Positions 36,054 to 39,636 of a DNA stretch of 39,636 nt are shown piece after piece. The translations under genes were made by a program, and so were the position numbers. The stretch is from a virus (lineage: Duplodnaviria; Caudoviricetes), in IMG/VR virus record IMGVR_UViG_3300017589_000262, positions 1 through 39,636 of that record; one strand, 5' to 3'. Each line of letters opens with the position of its first letter. Positions within the stretch are counted from its first letter, which is position 1. Below the pieces are notes generated by a model. That model worked only from the letters and a program-made list of their open reading frames with translations. It was not told where the DNA came from and made no database searches.

Positions 36054-36628
36054 GCGGGCACGCCGAACTTTTAACGCTGCTGCTGCCCAAGCCCTACGAG
36101 GCCACGGACAAGGTGCTGGCGGCCAGCCTGGCCGCAGAGGGCGCGGCGCTGGACCAGGCCCACGCCTCGGCCCAGGTGGTGGCCGAGGGCATAAGCCCGG
36201 CCGGAGCGGACGGCTTGTTCCTGGCGGACTGGGAGCGCGTGTACGGCCTGCCGGACACCTGCGCGGGCGGCTACGCCCAAACCCAGGCCGAGCGCATTGC
36301 GGCCGTGCTGTCCAAAATGCGCCAGCGCGGCGGCTTGAGCCGGTCCTACTTCGTCAGCCTGGCCAAGGCGCTGGGTTACGAGATCACTATTGAAGAATAC
36401 GACGTGTTCACCTGCGAGAGTGGCTGCGATCAGCCCATTTATGACGAGCCCTGGCGCTTCGTCTGGACCGTGCGCGGCCCGGCCGTCACCGTCCGCGAGT
36501 TCACCTGCCAAAGCGCGTGCGACGACCCTTTGTCCAGCTGGGGCAACGAACTGCTGGAATGCGTCATTAACAGGCTTAAGCCTGCCCACACCTACGTTAT
36601 TTTCGCCTACGGCACTGACCAGGAATAG
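36050..36628 (+). CDS. Mu gp48 / YmfQ (DUF2313) baseplate protein
   Basis: LADWERVYGLP, GGLSRSYF..LA..LGY, LECVINRLKPAHT. Confidence 0.9.
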   Translation: MSGHAELLTLLLPKPYEATDKVLAASLAAEGAALDQAHASAQVVAEGISPAGADGLFLADWERVYGLPDTCAGGYAQTQAERIAAVLSKMRQRGGLSRSYFVSLAKALGYEITIEEYDVFTCESGCDQPIYDEPWRFVWTVRGPAVTVREFTCQSACDDPLSSWGNELLECVINRLKPAHTYVIFAYGTDQE

Positions 36629-36639
36629 GAGGAGACCCC

Positions 36640-37776
36640 ATGCAGCGAGTGAAAACAAAGACCGCCGTCAGCGACCTGCCCGCGTACAGCGAGACCGGAA
36701 CGCCCGGATACTTCAGAAACGGCGACCCCGTGGCGGGCACTCAGGCCACCGTGCCCGGCCAGGATTGGTTCAACATGGTGCAGGAGGAGCTGCTCAACGT
36801 CATCACGGCGGCCGAGCTTGCCCCGTCCGCCACGGATGACACCCAGCTGTTGCAAGCCATCATGCGGCTCATCGCGGCGGGGCGCGTCACGGTGGAGAAC
36901 GCCAGCGAGACCGTGGCGGGCATACTCAAGCTGGGCACACAAGCACAGGTGGATATGGGGACAGACGACACCGCCGCCGTCACCTCGAAAAAGCTCGCCG
37001 TGCGGCTGGCGGCGCTGCTTTCCGCAATCCCCGCGCCCGCCGTTGTCACTGGCGCGTCGCGCAATCTGGTCATCTCGTCGACCGGGACCAGCGCCGCCGT
37101 CACGCTTACGGCCGACGAGCTGGTGCTCAAGGATTCCAGCGGCAAGTCCATGCTGTTGAGCAACGTGACCCTCGCCGCCGATTTGGTCGCGGCAAATGTC
37201 GACACCGGAGCGGCCGTCAAGGCCTCCAGCTGGTACGCCGAGTGGGTTTTCGCCAAGGCTGACGGGACTGCAATTCTGCGCTTTAGCGAGTCCACAACAG
37301 TGCCGACGCCGCCCGACGGCTACACGTATAAGGCCCGCGTTGGGATGATTCCCACGGATGCGACCGCGAGCAAATTCCCCTTGTCCCTACGCCAGCATGG
37401 GCGGCGCGCTCAGTATGCCGTATCGCCCGGGACGAACGTCACAGCCCTCCCCACGATGTCGGCAGGTGCCCAGGGCAACGTCTCGACGCCGGTGACTGTA
37501 TCTGTCGCCACCGGCTCATTTGTCCCCCCGACAGCTCGGGCGATCACCATCGTGCTGGCCGTGCTGAACGCTTTTGCGATCGCGGCGGTTGCTCCGAATA
37601 ATTTCTATGGTGCATATAACAGTGCAACCAATCCGCCACCGGTCGCGTACGTCAATGCCTCTGGAAATTTGATAGTTGCGCCGTCCGACTTGTTGTTGGA
37701 GAGCGCAACTATCTATTGGTCTAGCAATACCGCAAACAACAGACTTTGTTGTCTTGGGTGGGAGGATAGCCTGTGA
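36640..37776 (+). CDS. Tail fibre protein
   Basis: Mu gpS-like N-terminus GYFRNGDP...DWFNMVQEEL.NVI...QLLQAI; ASETVAGILKL repeat; divergent C-terminus ending GWEDSL. Confidence 0.85.
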   Translation: MQRVKTKTAVSDLPAYSETGTPGYFRNGDPVAGTQATVPGQDWFNMVQEELLNVITAAELAPSATDDTQLLQAIMRLIAAGRVTVENASETVAGILKLGTQAQVDMGTDDTAAVTSKKLAVRLAALLSAIPAPAVVTGASRNLVISSTGTSAAVTLTADELVLKDSSGKSMLLSNVTLAADLVAANVDTGAAVKASSWYAEWVFAKADGTAILRFSESTTVPTPPDGYTYKARVGMIPTDATASKFPLSLRQHGRRAQYAVSPGTNVTALPTMSAGAQGNVSTPVTVSVATGSFVPPTARAITIVLAVLNAFAIAAVAPNNFYGAYNSATNPPPVAYVNASGNLIVAPSDLLLESATIYWSSNTANNRLCCLGWEDSL

Positions 37777-38153
37777 GTTATGCAGTCCGCAAAGATGGCG
37801 CTGGGTGGCGCGCGGTGGCGTCTCCCGACGATTGTATGGATCATGAGACCTATAGCGATACGCAGCCTGCGCCCTACGCCGAGACAGACGCAGGCAAGGC
37901 GGAGCAAATCCGCGCCCAGCGCGACCACGCTCTGGATGATTGCGAGTGGATGGTGACGCGGCACCGCGACCAGGTGGACGCCGTGGCCGCTGGCCTTTTG
38001 GCCGCGTCGACGCTCACCACGGCGCAGTACCAGGAGCTGCTGGCCTACCGCCAGGCCCTGCGGGACATTACCGCCCAGGCTGGCTGGCCGGGCAGCATCA
38101 CCTGGCCGAGCAAGCCGGAGTGGGTGGGGGCGTCTACTGAGTCCGCGTCTTAA
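37773..38153 (+). CDS. Tail fibre assembly chaperone
   Basis: IRAQRD..L..CEW...RHRDQ...YRQALRDIT.Q.GWP..I.WP.KP. Confidence 0.85.
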   Translation: MSYAVRKDGAGWRAVASPDDCMDHETYSDTQPAPYAETDAGKAEQIRAQRDHALDDCEWMVTRHRDQVDAVAAGLLAASTLTTAQYQELLAYRQALRDITAQAGWPGSITWPSKPEWVGASTESAS

Positions 38154-38571
38154 TATACCAGTAGCCGACGTTCGGGCCACCGGGGAAGACGGAGACTTCA
38201 AGAAGACCGCTCGTGTTTACCCATCGCAGCACAGCCGGGCTGCGGAATGACGGAGTTGAGGCAGGCAGGCCCAACGCGCGCAAGGCATCAGGACCAAAGG
38301 GAACAGAAGCCTTAGGGGCAGGCGTTACGGTGATCCAATCCGCCTTGCCCTGAATAAAAACAACCTCAACCTCACCACCTGAAGCGAGTTTGTATGTCTT
38401 CTTTGGGCCATGTTTCGTTTTTTCAGCCGCAGTGGGTTTGCCTAACTCCTTCACAACAGAAGCTTCATTCTTGCCAGCCACAAGGGAAATATCCACCAAA
38501 ACACCCGGAGCACCGGCAAAGGCAAAGGAGGATAAGGCGAGAACAAGGGCCATGGCGAAAAGGACACGCAT
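38134..38571 (-). CDS. Putative secreted/periplasmic accessory protein
   Basis: Signal peptide MRVLFAMALVLALSSFAFA; GAGG RBS; opposite strand to the late operon. Confidence 0.75.
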   Translation of the reverse strand: MRVLFAMALVLALSSFAFAGAPGVLVDISLVAGKNEASVVKELGKPTAAEKTKHGPKKTYKLASGGEVEVVFIQGKADWITVTPAPKASVPFGPDALRALGLPASTPSFRSPAVLRWVNTSGLLEVSVFPGGPNVGYWYIKTRTQ

Positions 38572-38598
38572 CCCAACCTCACTTCGTTTTCAATTGGA

Positions 38599-38692
38599 GG
38601 AAGCAGGCGGGAGGTCTTAACCACCTCCCACTGGCCCGGTGTACCACCACCGGTCCACGGCCGAAGCCGCTGCTCCCTGGCCCTGATCAGGG
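38599..38692 (+). ncRNA. Candidate four-way-junction structured leader upstream of com
   Basis: AGCAG/CTGCT closing stem with arms GGGAGGT/ACCTCCC, CCGGTG/CACCGG and CGGC/GCCG; then a CCCT/AGGG hairpin. Confidence 0.5.
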
Positions 38693-38738
38693 GTGAAGGG
38701 AAGCTAGCAGGCCAAGGCGCAACTCGTAAAGGTTCAGG

Positions 38739-38915
38739 ATGCAGAAGGAGATTAGGTGCGGCAACTGTAATCGTCTTTTGGCCAAGGGCGAGGCCCTGGC
38801 GTTGACCATCAAATGCCCGCGTTGCGGGCAGTTCAATTTCGTGAGGGCCACGAGCCCCAACGCAGAAGGCCTGCGAGCCTCCCCGGAGCGCTCGCGTGAA
38901 TCCAACGATCTTTGA
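38739..38915 (+). CDS. com: Com-family zinc-finger translational activator (58 aa), absent from the ORF track
   Basis: MQKEIRCGNCNRLLAKG...IKCPRCGQFN with two CxxC motifs; overlaps the methyltransferase start. Confidence 0.88.
   Translation: MQKEIRCGNCNRLLAKGEALALTIKCPRCGQFNFVRATSPNAEGLRASPERSRESNDL
38845..38898 (+). promoter_or_regulatory. RBS-sequestering hairpin with alternative hairpins at the methyltransferase start
   Basis: GCGAGC-CTCC/GGAG-C-GCTCGC (38873-38895) hides GGAG just before GTG 38896; competing AGGC/GCCT hairpin at 38867-38880. Confidence 0.65.
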
Positions 38916-39636
38916 CAACCGAATGACACTGTACAAGGGCGACGCGCTGGCCGTGCTCCAGGGCATCCCGGACGTCAGCGTGGACGCCGTGGTGACGGAC
39001 CCGCCTTATTCCAGCGGTGGCACATCAACCGCAGCCCGCAAGGCCGACCCGGCCGATAAGTACCAGCAAAGCAGCACCAAGCGGAGCTACCCGGCCATGC
39101 TGGGCGACAACAAGGACCAGCGGTCCTTCCTGGCTTGGGCTGCGCTCTGGCTTTCGGAGTGCTGGCGCATCGCCAGGGACGGCTCGCCGCTGCTCATGTT
39201 CAGCGACTGGCGACAGCTTCCAGTGATGACCGATGCCGTGCAAGCCGCCGGGTGGACCTGGCGTGGCGTGGTGGTGTGGGAGAAAACCTCGGCCCGGCCC
39301 ATGCGGGGCCAGTTCCGGGCGCAAGCGGAGTATGTGATCTTCGCCACCAAGGGGCGCTTTGAACGCGCCACGGACCGCTGCTTGCCGGGCGTGTTCCGGC
39401 ATTCCGTGGAAATGGCGCGCCGGGTTCATCTCACGGCCAAGCCCGTCCCTCTCATGTGTGAGCTGCTGGAGGTGGCCAAGCCCGGCGGCGTGGTGCTTGA
39501 TCCCTTCATGGGCGGCGGGGCAACCGGCCTGGCTTGCAAGGAGACCGGGCGTCAGTTCGTCGGGGTGGAGCTGTCGGGGGAGTACTTTGAAATCGCGGCT
39601 GGTAGACTTGCCGAAAATTCGCGCACGCGCGCGTAG
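38896..39636 (+). CDS. DNA N6-adenine/N4-cytosine methyltransferase (beta class) at the mom position
   Basis: Catalytic TDPPY precedes H.TAKP and the SAM-binding VLDPFMGGG.TG motif. Confidence 0.92.
   Translation: MNPTIFDNRMTLYKGDALAVLQGIPDVSVDAVVTDPPYSSGGTSTAARKADPADKYQQSSTKRSYPAMLGDNKDQRSFLAWAALWLSECWRIARDGSPLLMFSDWRQLPVMTDAVQAAGWTWRGVVVWEKTSARPMRGQFRAQAEYVIFATKGRFERATDRCLPGVFRHSVEMARRVHLTAKPVPLMCELLEVAKPGGVVLDPFMGGGATGLACKETGRQFVGVELSGEYFEIAAGRLAENSRTRA

Larger units (their letters stand above)
1426..39636 (+). mobile_element. Mu-like transposable prophage, contractile tail; right end outside window
   Basis: Mu gene order: repressor, ner, A, B, gemA, mor, lysis, terminase, portal, F, G, I/Z, capsid, tail, com; left boundary approximate (TG at 1426 or 1435). 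Confidence 0.95.

Noticed and set aside
36640-38571. Invertible tail-fibre segment or diversity-generating retroelement
   Set aside because: No invertase, reverse transcriptase, flanking inverted repeats or template/variable repeat pair was seen.

Overview
Almost the whole window (about 1,430 to 39,636) is a near-complete, GC-rich Mu-like transposable prophage with a contractile tail. Gene order: CI-type repressor, early operon (Ner-like, MuA DDE transposase, MuB AAA+ ATPase, DUF3164, HU, GemA, Mor/C-like activator), an AT-rich accessory cassette (uncharacterised two-gene module plus an AbiTii-domain gene), lysis genes (endolysin, holin, Rz with embedded Rz1), terminase/portal/MuF/G, protease-scaffold/capsid, tail/baseplate/fibre, and com followed by a DNA methyltransferase where Mu has mom. 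The right end lies beyond the window. At the far left is a P4-type tyrosine integrase, probably from a separate element. The most notable signals are non-coding. (1) A complete type II hammerhead ribozyme with a pseudoknot lies between HU and the next early gene. (2) MuF carries a BECR/PBECR2-like RNase extension and is followed by a compact pseudoknotted non-coding region rather than an immunity ORF. (3) A four-way-junction leader and a two-state RBS hairpin surround com and the methyltransferase start. (4) There are paired late-promoter boxes, candidate operators, end repeats and a -1 frameshift site. Family names come from motif recognition and synteny, not database searches.
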